Positions 40,044 to 50,870 of a stretch of DNA of 64,000 bases are shown here, piece after piece. This DNA comes from Bacillota bacterium (GTDB lineage: Bacteria; Bacillota; DTU025). Positions within the stretch are counted from its first letter, which is position 1, and every line of letters begins with the position of its first letter. The stretch spans positions 1,216,001 to 1,280,000 of the forward strand of contig JBMNJT010000002.1 in the NCBI GenBank assembly GCA_050951805.1. The letters run 5' to 3'. Made by a program: the position numbers and the translations under genes. A model generated the notes under the pieces. It searched no databases. It was not told the DNA's origin and was given only the letters and a program-made list of their open reading frames with translations.

Positions 40044-40628
40044 TCACTCAACTTTTTTTATTATGGTTACCAGGTCGCCGTTGCCTAGGCAGGCCGCGTT
40101 GGCTTCATCGGTGTCGATATGAAACTCCCACGTGTAGGAATCATCGACACGTACAAGAACTTCATCAAAAATGAGTGCTCGAGCCCCATTGACCTTGGTC
40201 ATTACAATGTCTTTATCCTTTAACCCGATGCGCTCGGCCTCCTCAGGAGTCATGTGGATGTGCCTCTTGGCCACTATGACGCCGACTGGAATAGTGATCT
40301 CGGCTTTCGGGCCAATGAGCTTGATTCCAGGCGAACCGTCCAGGTCACCTGAGTCGCGCACCGGAGGTTGCACGCCAAGCTTGAAAGAGTCGGTGCGGGA
40401 AATCTCGACCTGAGTCCGTTTGCGAACTGGACCGAGAACGCGAACTCTTGAAATAGTGCCTTTGGGGCCAACAACATCGACAGTCTCCTCAGAAGCATAT
40501 TGCCCTCTCTGGCTCAGATCCTTCCTGACTGTCAGCTCGTAGCCTTCGCCAAACAACGTATCCAAATCCGCACGGGAAAGATGGAGATGACGATTGGATA
40601 CTCCAACAGGAACCTCGTATAATGACAT
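40044..40628 (-). CDS. pduL: Phosphate propanoyl/acetyltransferase PduL
   Basis: VSNRHLHL, RHIHMTP, HIDTDEANA. Confidence 0.93.
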   Translation of the reverse strand: MSLYEVPVGVSNRHLHLSRADLDTLFGEGYELTVRKDLSQRGQYASEETVDVVGPKGTISRVRVLGPVRKRTQVEISRTDSFKLGVQPPVRDSGDLDGSPGIKLIGPKAEITIPVGVIVAKRHIHMTPEEAERIGLKDKDIVMTKVNGARALIFDEVLVRVDDSYTWEFHIDTDEANAACLGNGDLVTIIKKVE

Positions 40629-40712
40629 TACCCCTGCCTCCTATGTCAATGCGATACACGATTACATGATAGCCTGTGTAGCCAGCAAAAGCAATTGAGG
40701 CCGGCCAGCAAC

Positions 40713-42276
40713 CAGGAATTCCGCATATGCGTTTCGGCCTGGCAGGATACGGCATGCAGATGCCGCATGGTGTATAGCAATAAACCCCAGGCCCAATTGC
40801 ATCGTCTTCCATAGGTTCTCCCAGTCTACCTCGCCAACTTGCCGCTTGTTCAACCAGGGCTGGCTCTCGGGAGCAACTCAGTTATGGGCTGGCATAGCGT
40901 TTCCATCCCCACTAGCATCTGTCTTGCCAGCTCTTTCAGCGTTACGCCTCTTCCAGGAGCATCTTTCAGGTTCCTGTAGGCGAACAGCATCATCAGGTTG
41001 AAAACGATGCAGAACAAGGCATACATCGTCTGTATACCGTTAATGTCGTGCGTGTAGCAGTGATCAAAGCCCCAGTTCTGCTTGAGGTCGTTGAAGATCG
41101 AGTTCTCGATATCCCAGCGGCGGTGCATTATCTGCCAGACGATTGCCGCATTCACAATGCTTTTGGGAGCGGTCGTTACGATATGGTATACTGTCGGCTC
41201 AACCTTGACGACTTCGCCACGGCACGTCGTAATCTTGGTTTCAACGACCTTCAGGCACCGCAGCGGACGATCTACGCCATCCCAGCTTGTGAAGCCTTCT
41301 TCATCCCATATCTCTACGCTGTAGGTCACCCCATGGTTGATCGGGATGGGTTCGCCTTTCGGTGTTATTATCCCCACAAGCTCCACATCTGGGGAGCGAT
41401 CGGCCACGAGCCCATCCATGTCGCGTACCAGGTGGTAGTTGTCCTGTTTCAACTTTATGATGATCCACTTGCCAAGGGCGCTTACGGCGTTTATGAACGG
41501 CGCCTGGGCATACAGGGCATCCGCGCATATCATGTCGCAATATCGCCAGTTGCGATGCTGAGCCTTCCCCAAGAGCCGAATTGCCGCCGTAACCTCATCC
41601 TCCCCGGGCTCGATGCGCTCAATGTCCAAGATCAGGTGAGGGTGAGCACCTACGTAGGACAGCACCGCTGCACGTTCGTAATATTCGACCGCTCCGTTTG
41701 ACAGCGTACGCTTGGACCATTTGAGCGCCTCGACGGACGATGCTGCCGTTATAGGATCTGAATCCGCTGTAGTCGGCGACTGCCAGCCAGCGTCCCAAGG
41801 TATCAGCGCTAGGCTTTTTTCGGGTATGTATAAACCTGGCGAGCTCGCCGCTCTTTCCCTGCGTTCGATCTGGTACAAACTGCCCACTCTAGCTGCAATG
41901 GAGGCGACAAAAAGTGCTATAATGGTTGCACAAGGGTAATGTGGGTTCACTCTTGAGTTACGACATCCCGTAGCGAACTCATGCAGCCCAAACACCTTGT
42001 TTGCGTAATCAACAAATTGCTTTAGTCTATTCATCTTCCCCGCACCTTTGTTTTAACTTGCTGGGTTGAATGTCGAACAACTTCGACCTTAGGTGCGGGG
42101 ATTCTTTCTATCTCCAATCAGGGAATTACCCCCTCATATTGCTCTTCTGATAAGTTGCAATCGTACCACTTGAACGACATCATTTTCGAAAGTCCCTAGA
42201 ACACTGGTAATCGTCCCCGGCCAGTATCATGCAGCACTTCCGAACTCCTCACAATCTACGGCATGCGGAACTTCTG
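40713..42276 (-). mobile_element. ISAs1-like (DDE_Tnp_1) IS, degenerate copy
   Basis: CAG-starting imperfect IRs; GGCCAGCAA duplicated at 40703 and 42277; near-identical to 45542-47253 with deletions. Confidence 0.85.
40850..42034 (-). pseudogene. Inactivated transposase
   Basis: Compensating frameshift and deletion remove the IDGT catalytic segment present in the intact copy. Confidence 0.85.
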
Positions 42277-42291
42277 GGCCAGCAAAGGGTG

Positions 42292-43638
42292 TTACAACAC
42301 GCTACCTCTTTCGATAACGCTCCTATACCACCTGGCACTGGATTTTGGGATCCTCTTGAGAGTAGTATAGTCAACGTAGATTATCCCAAACCTCTTGGAA
42401 TAGCCGAAAGCCCATTCGAAGTTGTCAAGTATTGACCAGAGATAGTATCCTTCCACCTCCACACCGTCTTGCATCGCCCTATGCAATTGGATAAGGTGGG
42501 CGCGGATATACTCCATGCGTTCTCGGTCGTCGACTAAGCCTCCAGAGCTTACCTGATCGTCGTAGGCAGCCCCGTTTTCCGTGATAAAGACGGCGGGAGG
42601 ATCGTAGTCTTGCTCGATCCGGAGCAAGAGGTCGTACAGTCCTTCAGGATAAACCTCCCAACCCATTGCGGTTACAGGCCTGTTCGTCCTTACATGAGAG
42701 AGTTCGAGAGGCTGTGCCTCTGGGTCGGCTTTTACCACGGCCCTGCTGTAATAGTTGACTCCCAAGAAATCGGTTGGAGTCGAGATGATTCCCATGTCTT
42801 CAATACTTATAGATGGTGCACCGAAGGCCCGCAAATAAAGCTCCATGATATCTTCTGGATATGAGCCTAGAAAGAGCGGATCCGCATACCACCGGTTCAG
42901 ACAGCCGTCCCACCGTCGTGCGGCCAATACGTCGCACTCATTGGAAGATGCGGGATAGACCGGACTCATGTTCAGGGTTATCCCTATGCGGGCACCTTGC
43001 CGGGAAAGGTCCCTGAAAGCCCTCACAGCTTCTCCATGCGATAGAAGGATATTGTGAGCTGCCGCAAGGGCTGACGGCATGTGGGAGACACCAGGAGCGT
43101 GCTCTCCTGTCCCGTAGCCCAAGGTTGCAGCCACCCATGGTTCGTTGTGTGTTATCCAGAGATCAACTCTATCTCCCAAGGCTTCAAACATGTAGGCTGC
43201 GTAATCAACAAAGTATTTTGCTGTGTCGCGGGCTATCCACCCTCCCTTATCCTGTAAAGCCTGGGGAAGGTCCCAATGGTACAGAGTCGCCATCGGCCTT
43301 ATGCCGGCTGCAAGCAACTCGTCTACAAGCCTATTGTAGAAATCGACGCCTTTTACGTTCGGGCGTCCGCCTCCGACGGGGAATATCCTTGGCCATGCAA
43401 TGGAGAAGCGATATGAATTGAGCTTCAATGATTCCATCAAGGAGACATCCTCTGAGAATCTATGATAATGATCGCATGCGATGGCCGGAGTGTCTCCGTT
43501 CACGATCTTCCCCGGGATGCGACAAAACCTGTCCCATATGGATTCGCCTTTGCCGTCTTCTAGCGTAGCACCTTCAATCTGGCATGAAGACGATGCTGCT
43601 CCCCAGAGAAAACCATCAGGGAATGTGTGTAGCGTCAA
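42292..43638 (-). CDS. GH1 beta-glucosidase
   Basis: FLWGAASS, THNEP, ITENG, DNFEWAFG. Confidence 0.95.
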   Translation of the reverse strand: MTLHTFPDGFLWGAASSSCQIEGATLEDGKGESIWDRFCRIPGKIVNGDTPAIACDHYHRFSEDVSLMESLKLNSYRFSIAWPRIFPVGGGRPNVKGVDFYNRLVDELLAAGIRPMATLYHWDLPQALQDKGGWIARDTAKYFVDYAAYMFEALGDRVDLWITHNEPWVAATLGYGTGEHAPGVSHMPSALAAAHNILLSHGEAVRAFRDLSRQGARIGITLNMSPVYPASSNECDVLAARRWDGCLNRWYADPLFLGSYPEDIMELYLRAFGAPSISIEDMGIISTPTDFLGVNYYSRAVVKADPEAQPLELSHVRTNRPVTAMGWEVYPEGLYDLLLRIEQDYDPPAVFITENGAAYDDQVSSGGLVDDRERMEYIRAHLIQLHRAMQDGVEVEGYYLWSILDNFEWAFGYSKRFGIIYVDYTTLKRIPKSSARWYRSVIERGSVL

Positions 43639-43768
43639 GTTGCATCACCTACTTTCAGCGATAATTCCAAACTTCAACACAGGGCGACGAATCCCTCCGA
43701 CCCCAGCGAGGTTGGAGATGCATATTACTTCAACCGCAGATTTGGGCAGAAGCTCCGGGCACGGTCAT

Positions 43769-45532
43769 GATGGTGTAACTTTAGAGTAGGACGGGGAGAG
43801 GGAACGGGTTAGCGACGAAGAAGAGAGACCACAAAGTCCTGGAAGACGTTCCTGAGCGGGACGTCGCGGTGAAGTAATCCACCATCCAGCGCCCAGAAAG
43901 GTGGTCTCTCTATGGATGAGTTTATTCGTCGTGTTATGGATGCATTCCTGCAAGGGGTAGAGGATGTTGTGGCCGCTTTGTGCAAGGGGATGTCTGCTCC
44001 GGAGGCGGAAATGATGATCAAGGAACGTTGCGACAACCTTGCGGTAGCAATGTATTCGGAATACCTGAAAGAAGTGGACAGGCAGGTGCGTAACGACTTA
44101 GAGAACCGTAAGGGCTGGGTTGTGAACAAAAGAAGAGACAGCCGTTCAATCTTGAGCATCATGGGAAACGTTGAATATGAACGAACTTACTACCACAACG
44201 AAGGGACAGGCGAGTACCGGCACTTGTCAGATGATGTATGCGGGATAACGCCCCATGCACGCATTACGCCACTCTTCAGAGCGAACCTTGTGGAGAACTC
44301 ATGTGATATGTCGTATGGAAAGGCGGGCGAACTCACGGGGAGGTGCGCAGTAAGCGATCAAACTGTTATGAATTCGCTGAAGAAGCTCAAATTGGATCTG
44401 CCGACAAGTAATGACGGTGCACCAGCCCAAGAGAAGCGGAAGGTTAAGAAGCTGTATATCGAGGCCGACGAAGATCATCTCAGCGGGAATAGGAATAAGC
44501 GAATGCGGTTAGAACCGAAGCTTGTATACGTTCATGAGGGTCGAAAGAGGGTTGGACGTGGCCGCACCGAGCTGGTGCACGCGAAATACTTTGGAGGAAT
44601 GTACAAGGACCCTGAGGAGCTCTGGTGGGAAGTATACTGGTACATAGAGCAGACTTATGATATCGACTCCATAGAGATAATCTTCGTCACTGGGGATGGA
44701 GCCAACTGGATAACGTTTGGGGCCGAATTCATGGTGAATGGGGTGCGCTTGCCTGACCTGTTCCATCTACGCAAATACATTGTAGCTGCTTGTCATGGCG
44801 ATAAAAAACTGATGAGCAAGCTATGGAAGGCAGTAGATTCAGCAGAGCGCAGCAAAACCTTCGAGATTCTGGATGAAGCGGGATCCACCACGGTAACTAA
44901 GGGTCAGGCAAAATCCGTTGAGAGATGCCGCACTTACATATCGAATATGTGGGGCGCAATCGAAAACCGGCGGAGGTATTACCAGGAAGTAGTAGGTTGC
45001 AGTGCAGAAGGCCATGTAAGCCACATCTATTCGGATCGCATGTCCAGCCGCCCGATGTCATGGTCCGAGGAAGGGGCCAACATCATGGCCAAGCTGCGAG
45101 TGAAAAAGGCCAACGGCGAATCTGTAAGTGCCTGCGCCTTACCCAGCACAGCTCCCCGATTTGGGAGCATTAAGATCGACCAGGGTAAAGCTCAACAGCT
45201 ATGCTCGGAGGCAAAGACTATGGTTAGAACTAGCGGGAAGTGTCTGTGCAACCAGCTGGGCAACGTGCCAGTCCTAAAGGGCAAGGCCAGCTTTACTGCG
45301 CGGGTATTCAGGGAACTTCGGGATTCTATAGCCATATGATATGGGTCCGTTGTTGACGGCCATTGTGATTTTCCCGAGGGGGAATACGCTACTTCGCATC
45401 ACTCATATGCAACCAGCATCAAACAATAGCGCTGGATAAAACAAGCTTATACGGTTTTAACGACAGAGTCGGCATACCGGGATTAGCCAATGGTCTCTTA
45501 GCTGTTCTTTCCTACAGTAGGTTGACGCCGTC
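43769..45532 (+). mobile_element. ISLre2-family IS with 9-bp target duplication
   Basis: Ends GATGGTGTAAC / GTTGACGCCGTC; CACGGTCAT at 43760 and 45533. Confidence 0.85.
43912..45339 (+). CDS. ISLre2 (UPF0236) transposase
   Basis: YIEADEDH, GDGANWI, DLFH, GCSAEGHVSH, MSWS. Confidence 0.9.
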   Translation: MDEFIRRVMDAFLQGVEDVVAALCKGMSAPEAEMMIKERCDNLAVAMYSEYLKEVDRQVRNDLENRKGWVVNKRRDSRSILSIMGNVEYERTYYHNEGTGEYRHLSDDVCGITPHARITPLFRANLVENSCDMSYGKAGELTGRCAVSDQTVMNSLKKLKLDLPTSNDGAPAQEKRKVKKLYIEADEDHLSGNRNKRMRLEPKLVYVHEGRKRVGRGRTELVHAKYFGGMYKDPEELWWEVYWYIEQTYDIDSIEIIFVTGDGANWITFGAEFMVNGVRLPDLFHLRKYIVAACHGDKKLMSKLWKAVDSAERSKTFEILDEAGSTTVTKGQAKSVERCRTYISNMWGAIENRRRYYQEVVGCSAEGHVSHIYSDRMSSRPMSWSEEGANIMAKLRVKKANGESVSACALPSTAPRFGSIKIDQGKAQQLCSEAKTMVRTSGKCLCNQLGNVPVLKGKASFTARVFRELRDSIAI

Positions 45533-45541
45533 CACGGTCAT

Positions 45542-47253
45542 CAGAAGTTCCGCATGCCGTAGACTGTGAGGAGTTCGGAAGTGTTGCATGATACTGGCCG
45601 GGGACGATTACCAGTGTTCTAGGGACTTTCGAAAATGATGTCGTTCAAGTGGTACGATTGCAACTTATCAGAAGAGCAATATGAGGGGGTAATTCCCTGA
45701 TTGGAGATAGAAAGAATCCCCGCACCTAAGGTCGAAGTTGTTCGACATTCAACCCAGCAAGTTAAAACAAAGGTGCGGGGAAGATGAATAGACTAAAGCA
45801 ATTTGTTGATTACGCAAACAAGGTGTTTGGGCTGCATGAGTTCGCTACGGGATGTCGTGACTCAAGAGTGAACCCACAGTATCCCTGTGCAACCATTATA
45901 GCACTTTTTGTCGCCTCCATTGCAGCTAGAGTGGGCAGTTTGTACCAGATCGAACGCATGGGAAAAAGCGGCGAGCTCGACAGGTTTATACATACCCGAA
46001 AAAAGCCTAGCGCTGATACCTTGGGACGCTGGCTGGCAGTCGCCGACTACAGCGGATTCAGATCCTATAACGGCAGCATCGTCCAAAAGGCGAGGAGGAA
46101 CAAGGTTCACGCATATGGGACTATCTGCGGGTGGCGGGTTGCCGCGATAGACGGCACGGAGACCTTTTGCACCCAGAGCCCGACGGCCGAGGCGCTCAAA
46201 TGGTCCAAGCGTACGCTGTCAAACGGAGCGGTCGAATATTACGAACGTGCAGCGGTGCTGTCCTACGTAGGCGCTCACCCTCACCTGATCTTGGACATTG
46301 AGCGGATCGAGCCCGGGGAGGGTGAGGTTACGGCGGCAATTCGGCTCTTGGGGAAGGCTCAGCATCGCAACTGGCGATATTGCGACATGATATGCGCGGA
46401 TGCCCTGTATGCCCAGGCGCCGTTCATAAACGCCGTAAGCGCCCTTGGCAAGTGGATCATCATAAAGTTGAAACAGGACAACTACCACCTGGTGCGCGAC
46501 ATGGATGGGCTCGTGGCCGATCGCTCCCCAGATGTGGAGCTTGTGGGGATAACGCCGAAAGGCGAACCCATCCCGATCAACCATGGGGTGACCTACAGCG
46601 TAGAGATATGGGATGAAGAAGGCTTCACAAGCTGGGATGGCGTAGATCGTCCGCTGCGGTGCCTGAAGGTCGTTGAAACCAAGATTACGACGTGCCGTGG
46701 CGAAGTCGTCAAGGTTGAGCCGACAGTATACCATATCGTAACGACCGCTCCCAAAAGCATTGTGAATGCGGCAATCGTCTGGCAGATAATGCACCGCCGC
46801 TGGGATATCGAGAACTCGATCTTCAACGACCTCAAGCAGAACTGGGGCTTTGATCACTGCTACACGCACGACATTAACGGTATACAGACGATGTATGCCT
46901 TGTTCTGCATCGCTTTCAACCTGATGATGCTGTTCGCCTACAGGAACCTGAAAGATGCTCCTGGAAGAGGCGTAACGCTGAAAGAGCTGGCAAGACAGAT
47001 GCTAGTGGGGATGGAAACGCTATGCCAGCCCATAACTGAGTTGCTCCCGAGAGCCAGCCCTGGTTGAACAAGCGGCAAGTTGGCGAGGTAGACTGGGAGA
47101 ACCTATGGAAGACGATCTCCGGTCCCCCATAACAGCGGATTTGGGGGAAAGGGGGATGTATCAGCGCAATTGGGCCTGGGGTTTATTGCTATACACCATG
47201 CGGCATCTGCATGCCGTATCCTGCCAGGCCGAAACGCATATGCGGAATTCCTG
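45542..47253 (+). mobile_element. ISAs1-like (DDE_Tnp_1) IS, intact copy
   Basis: IRs CAGAAGTTCCGCATG / CATATGCGGAATTCCTG; (C)CACGGTCAT on both flanks. Confidence 0.88.
45784..47067 (+). CDS. DDE transposase
   Basis: AIDGT, ADALY, RWDIENSIFNDLK. Confidence 0.9.
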   Translation: MNRLKQFVDYANKVFGLHEFATGCRDSRVNPQYPCATIIALFVASIAARVGSLYQIERMGKSGELDRFIHTRKKPSADTLGRWLAVADYSGFRSYNGSIVQKARRNKVHAYGTICGWRVAAIDGTETFCTQSPTAEALKWSKRTLSNGAVEYYERAAVLSYVGAHPHLILDIERIEPGEGEVTAAIRLLGKAQHRNWRYCDMICADALYAQAPFINAVSALGKWIIIKLKQDNYHLVRDMDGLVADRSPDVELVGITPKGEPIPINHGVTYSVEIWDEEGFTSWDGVDRPLRCLKVVETKITTCRGEVVKVEPTVYHIVTTAPKSIVNAAIVWQIMHRRWDIENSIFNDLKQNWGFDHCYTHDINGIQTMYALFCIAFNLMMLFAYRNLKDAPGRGVTLKELARQMLVGMETLCQPITELLPRASPG

Positions 47254-47330
47254 CCACGGTCATCCCGCGCCTTGACAATGGCTCTGATGGGTTGTAGAAT
47301 CTATTTAGTCGCAAGATGAAGTCTTTTCGC

Positions 47331-47406
47331 AGGGGAGTAGCTCAATTGGTAGAGCATCGGTCTCCAAAACCGAGGGCTGCGGGTTCGAGTCCTGTCTCCC
47401 CTGCCA
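47331..47406 (+). tRNA. tRNA-Trp(CCA)
   Basis: Anticodon arm TCGGT-CTCCAAA-ACCGA, CCA end; TTGACA..TAGAAT promoter upstream. Confidence 0.95.
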
Positions 47407-47413
47407 TTATTTC

Positions 47414-47451
47414 AAAAGCCACCTGGCTAAGCTCAGGTGGCTTTTGCTTTT
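47414..47451. terminator. Bidirectional intrinsic terminator
   Basis: AAAAGCCACCTG..CAGGTGGCTTTT between convergent tRNA-Trp and CoA transferase. Confidence 0.8.
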
Positions 47452-47474
47452 GTTCGTGTGCTTAGGCGTGCGCT

Positions 47475-48137
47475 TTAAACAACGGTCATGACTCCTACTT
47501 CATCCGGAATATACAGCCTTGCTTCTGTTGCAGCCAGGACCTCTCCTATCGTCACGTCTGGCGCAATTTCGCGCAGCACCGCCCCTTCAGGGGTAAACTC
47601 TATGACGCAGAGTTCCGTGACGAGCAGGTCTACTTCGGCTGTGGCGGTCAATGGCAAAGTGCATTTGCGCACCACTTTCGATCGGCCGTCTTTGGTCCTA
47701 TGTTCCATTGCTACGATGACTCGCTTTGCGCCTACTACGAGATCCATTGCGCCGCCCATTCCGATTATCCGTCCCGGAACGGCCCAATTGGCTAGATTTC
47801 CGTCCTGATCCACTTGTAACCCGCCGAGGATTGTTACATCCACGTGCCCTCCGCGGACTATCGCAAAGGACGTTGCTGAATCGAAGAATGCCCCGCCAGG
47901 CTTTATGGAAGAAGGTTGTCCGCCGGCGTTCACAAGATCCGGGTCTTCACGACCCGGTTCCGGAGGATCTCCCATGCCTACAAAGCCGTTCTCTGAGTGA
48001 AGGATAATGTTCACGTCGTGAGCAAGATGGTTCACGACGAAGGTCGGCAGGCCGATTCCAACGTTCACGACCTGTCCGGACTTGAGTTCTTGTGCTACTC
48101 TCCGTACGATAAGCTCTCGAGGTTCTATTGCCGCCAC
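47475..48137 (-). CDS. atoA: Butyrate/acetoacetate CoA-transferase beta subunit
   Basis: VNVGIGLP, SENG, GMGGAMDL. Confidence 0.88.
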   Translation of the reverse strand: MAAIEPRELIVRRVAQELKSGQVVNVGIGLPTFVVNHLAHDVNIILHSENGFVGMGDPPEPGREDPDLVNAGGQPSSIKPGGAFFDSATSFAIVRGGHVDVTILGGLQVDQDGNLANWAVPGRIIGMGGAMDLVVGAKRVIVAMEHRTKDGRSKVVRKCTLPLTATAEVDLLVTELCVIEFTPEGAVLREIAPDVTIGEVLAATEARLYIPDEVGVMTVV

Positions 48138-48138
48138 T

Positions 48139-48798
48139 TCAGCTCACCCCTACAACTGCGTCTACGAATATGCCAGGGGTCATCACGTGATCTGGATCGA
48201 TACCGCCTATATCACGGATCTCGCTGGCCTCCGCTACGACGTAGTCAGCTGCCATAGCCATGAGCGGATTGAAGTTTCGAGCCGATTTGCGATACACCAA
48301 GTTGCCTGCGCGGTCTGCCACGTGTGCTCGAAGAAGTGCGATGTCTGCTCTCAGTGGAAGCTCTAGAAGATATGTATGACCTTCCAACTCCAGCTTGATC
48401 TTCCCTTCTTCGGCTATGGTTCCCACGCCTGTAGGCGTCAGTATGCCCCCAAGTCCGGCTCCTCCGGCGCGTATTCTCTCTGCCAGTGAGCCTTGGGGAC
48501 ACAATTCCACCGCGAGTTTTCCCTCGTCTTTCTGAGCGATTGCAGTGGGGTTCATACCCATGTAGCAGCAGATGAGCGTAGATACTTGCCCGTTGGCGAA
48601 TAGTCTCCCGTATCCCCGATCAGGCATCGCTGTGTCATTCACAATCAATGTAAGATCGCGGACTCCCCTTCGTATCACCTCGTCTACGAGCGTCTCTGGC
48701 GAGCCCACCGCCAGAAAGCCACCGATCATCAGAGTCATGCCGTCGGTAAGGCCTTCGAGCGCTTGGTCAAGCGTTCTCAGCTTTGGCACGCTTAGCAC
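48139..48798 (-). CDS. atoD: Butyrate/acetoacetate CoA-transferase alpha subunit
   Basis: IGGFL, PQGSLAERIRAGGAG, ARNFNP. Confidence 0.88.
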   Translation of the reverse strand: MLSVPKLRTLDQALEGLTDGMTLMIGGFLAVGSPETLVDEVIRRGVRDLTLIVNDTAMPDRGYGRLFANGQVSTLICCYMGMNPTAIAQKDEGKLAVELCPQGSLAERIRAGGAGLGGILTPTGVGTIAEEGKIKLELEGHTYLLELPLRADIALLRAHVADRAGNLVYRKSARNFNPLMAMAADYVVAEASEIRDIGGIDPDHVMTPGIFVDAVVGVS

Positions 48799-48807
48799 TC
48801 ACCTCCG

Positions 48808-49623
48808 TTATTTCTTGAGCTCCAGCATCTCCCTGGCTTCGTCCGGAGTGGCAACGTCCCTGCCTAGTTCACCTGCAATTCGAGCAATTCTGGCAACAAG
48901 CTGGGCATTGCTTTTTGCGAGGACACCACGGGAATAGTAGATGTTGTCCTCAAAACCCACTCGCACGTTGCCGCCTAGCACTATGGCAACAGCTGCAAGC
49001 TGAAGTTCAGCCCTGCCTATGCCAGCAACCTGCCACATGGTTCCAGGCGGGAGACTGTTGACGCAATGCATCAGGTCGGGCACGGTTCCAGGTATGCCTC
49101 CTGGCACGCCCATAACGAAATCAAAATACAGGGGTTCTTCTACAATATTTCGTTTGGCAAGTCGAAGTGCATTCGCTATGTGCCCAACGTCGAAGCACTC
49201 CAGTTCTGGCTTGACCCCTTTTTCCTTCATCCTGACCGCCAGGGCCTCGATTGCCTGTGGTTCGTTCATGAATACCTCATCACCGAAGTTGACTGTGCCT
49301 GTTGTGAGCGTGGCCATCTCAGGAGCGAGGTCAAGGGGACGCATTCGTTCCTCAATCGGAGTTCCTACTGCGCCTCCAGTCGAGATCTGCACGATTACGT
49401 CTGTTCGTTTTTTGATCTCTTCTATTGTCTTGCGGAATACCTCAATGTCCTGGGTTGGCTTGCCTTCCTCGTCTCTCACGTGCAGATGGACGATTGAGGC
49501 CCCCGCATTCCTGGCCTCCTCTGCGGCTTTGCCGATCTCTGCGGGGCTGAGTGGAAGGTAAGGCGCCTGTTCCCTTGAAAGTTCCGCCCCTACTAGGGCT
49601 GCAGTGATAATGAGTTTGTCCAA
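48808..49623 (-). CDS. kce: 3-keto-5-aminohexanoate cleavage enzyme
   Basis: AGASIVHLHVR, STGG, RVGFEDN; lysine operon context. Confidence 0.92.
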   Translation of the reverse strand: MDKLIITAALVGAELSREQAPYLPLSPAEIGKAAEEARNAGASIVHLHVRDEEGKPTQDIEVFRKTIEEIKKRTDVIVQISTGGAVGTPIEERMRPLDLAPEMATLTTGTVNFGDEVFMNEPQAIEALAVRMKEKGVKPELECFDVGHIANALRLAKRNIVEEPLYFDFVMGVPGGIPGTVPDLMHCVNSLPPGTMWQVAGIGRAELQLAAVAIVLGGNVRVGFEDNIYYSRGVLAKSNAQLVARIARIAGELGRDVATPDEAREMLELKK

Positions 49624-49627
49624 TTGA

Positions 49628-50068
49628 TTAGCCCTCCTTCTTAGTGGTCTCCGCGTCCTGCCCACAGCCGCAGCAATTGCCTTGCTTGCGTTGCTTATCC
49701 TTCGGGACAACACAGGTCCCACTGGCGCGGGCAACAAGGAGAGGCTCCTCCAGAATAAAGGCTGCTGAAGGATCCTTTGGATCACGGCATGCTTCTATGA
49801 CTTTGTGGGCTTCAAAGGTCATTGCCCGAGAAGTATTGCCCGTTCTCACAATGCGTCCGCGGGCTTCGATATAGTCGCCCGCATAGACAGGGGCCTTAAA
49901 CTCCACCATGTCATATGCGACGAAAAGCCCCTCATCTCCGTCGTGCCTTATAAGGAGTTCAGTGGCGACGTCGCCGAACAGCTGCATTAGCTTGGCGCCG
50001 TCCACCAGATCTCCGCCGTAATGGGCGTCAGACTGACTCATCCTGACCCTGATCATGACTTCTTCCAT
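49628..50068 (-). CDS. kal: 3-aminobutyryl-CoA ammonia-lyase
   Basis: [19 protein letters not shown] hotdog fold. Confidence 0.92.
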   Translation of the reverse strand: MEEVMIRVRMSQSDAHYGGDLVDGAKLMQLFGDVATELLIRHDGDEGLFVAYDMVEFKAPVYAGDYIEARGRIVRTGNTSRAMTFEAHKVIEACRDPKDPSAAFILEEPLLVARASGTCVVPKDKQRKQGNCCGCGQDAETTKKEG

Positions 50069-50093
50069 GGTATTCTCCTTTCGTCCACTCCCC

Positions 50094-50870
50094 TCACCTT
50101 TCTTCCGTCAGGCGCGCGGAAGTGCGGTGCTCCTTTCTTACCAATTCCTGAGCTATGTACGCGGCAACGTGAGACGGCAATGTGCCAGGCCCGAATCCCG
50201 CGTCGAATCCGAGCTCTAGGGCGAGTTCATGGCTGATTCGCGGACCGCCGCAAATCAGGAGCACATCATCCCTTATACCTTCAGCTTCGACCAAGTCTAC
50301 CAGGCGCGTGAGGTTTGCTATATGCACGTTCTTCTGCGTCACAATCTGAGAAACTAGTATGGCGTCAGCGCCTGTTTCTATAGCCCTGGCAACCAAGGTC
50401 TCATTGGGAACCTGGGCCCCCAGGTTGTATGCTCGGAACCAGGGGTACCGTTCCAGTCCGTATTCGCCTGCATAGCCCTTCATATTGATTATGGCGTCGA
50501 TTCCGACGGTGTGGGCGTCAGAACCTGTACACGCGGCGACTACTGTGATCTTGCGACCAAGCTTGTCTCTGATGAAATCGTTTATCTGGAAATAATCCAT
50601 CTGTTCGACTTCTACTTTGGGTATGTGAAGCTGTGTGACGTCCACCGAGTGCACGCATTTGCCATATACGACAAAGAAGGTGAATGGACCTCCAAGGTCG
50701 TGGGCGCTCACGACGTCCACATCCTCAAACCCCATCTTCATCGCCAGCTGGCGCGCTGCTTCTTTTGCCTCAGGCCCGTACCTCAAGGGGAGGCTGAATG
50801 CAAGTTGCACTTTTCCGTCATCAAGGGTGTCGCCGTATGGTCTGACCCTTTCCAAATCTACCTTCGGCAC
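50094..50870 (-). CDS. kamE: Lysine 5,6-aminomutase beta subunit
   Basis: [19 protein letters not shown] cobalamin motif, MKGYAG. Confidence 0.95.
   Translation of the reverse strand: MPKVDLERVRPYGDTLDDGKVQLAFSLPLRYGPEAKEAARQLAMKMGFEDVDVVSAHDLGGPFTFFVVYGKCVHSVDVTQLHIPKVEVEQMDYFQINDFIRDKLGRKITVVAACTGSDAHTVGIDAIINMKGYAGEYGLERYPWFRAYNLGAQVPNETLVARAIETGADAILVSQIVTQKNVHIANLTRLVDLVEAEGIRDDVLLICGGPRISHELALELGFDAGFGPGTLPSHVAAYIAQELVRKEHRTSARLTEER

Noticed and set aside
40713-47253. Composite transposon carrying the GH1 glucosidase between inverted IS copies
   Set aside because: Each copy has its own, different target duplication (GGCCAGCAA vs CACGGTCAT), indicating independent insertions.
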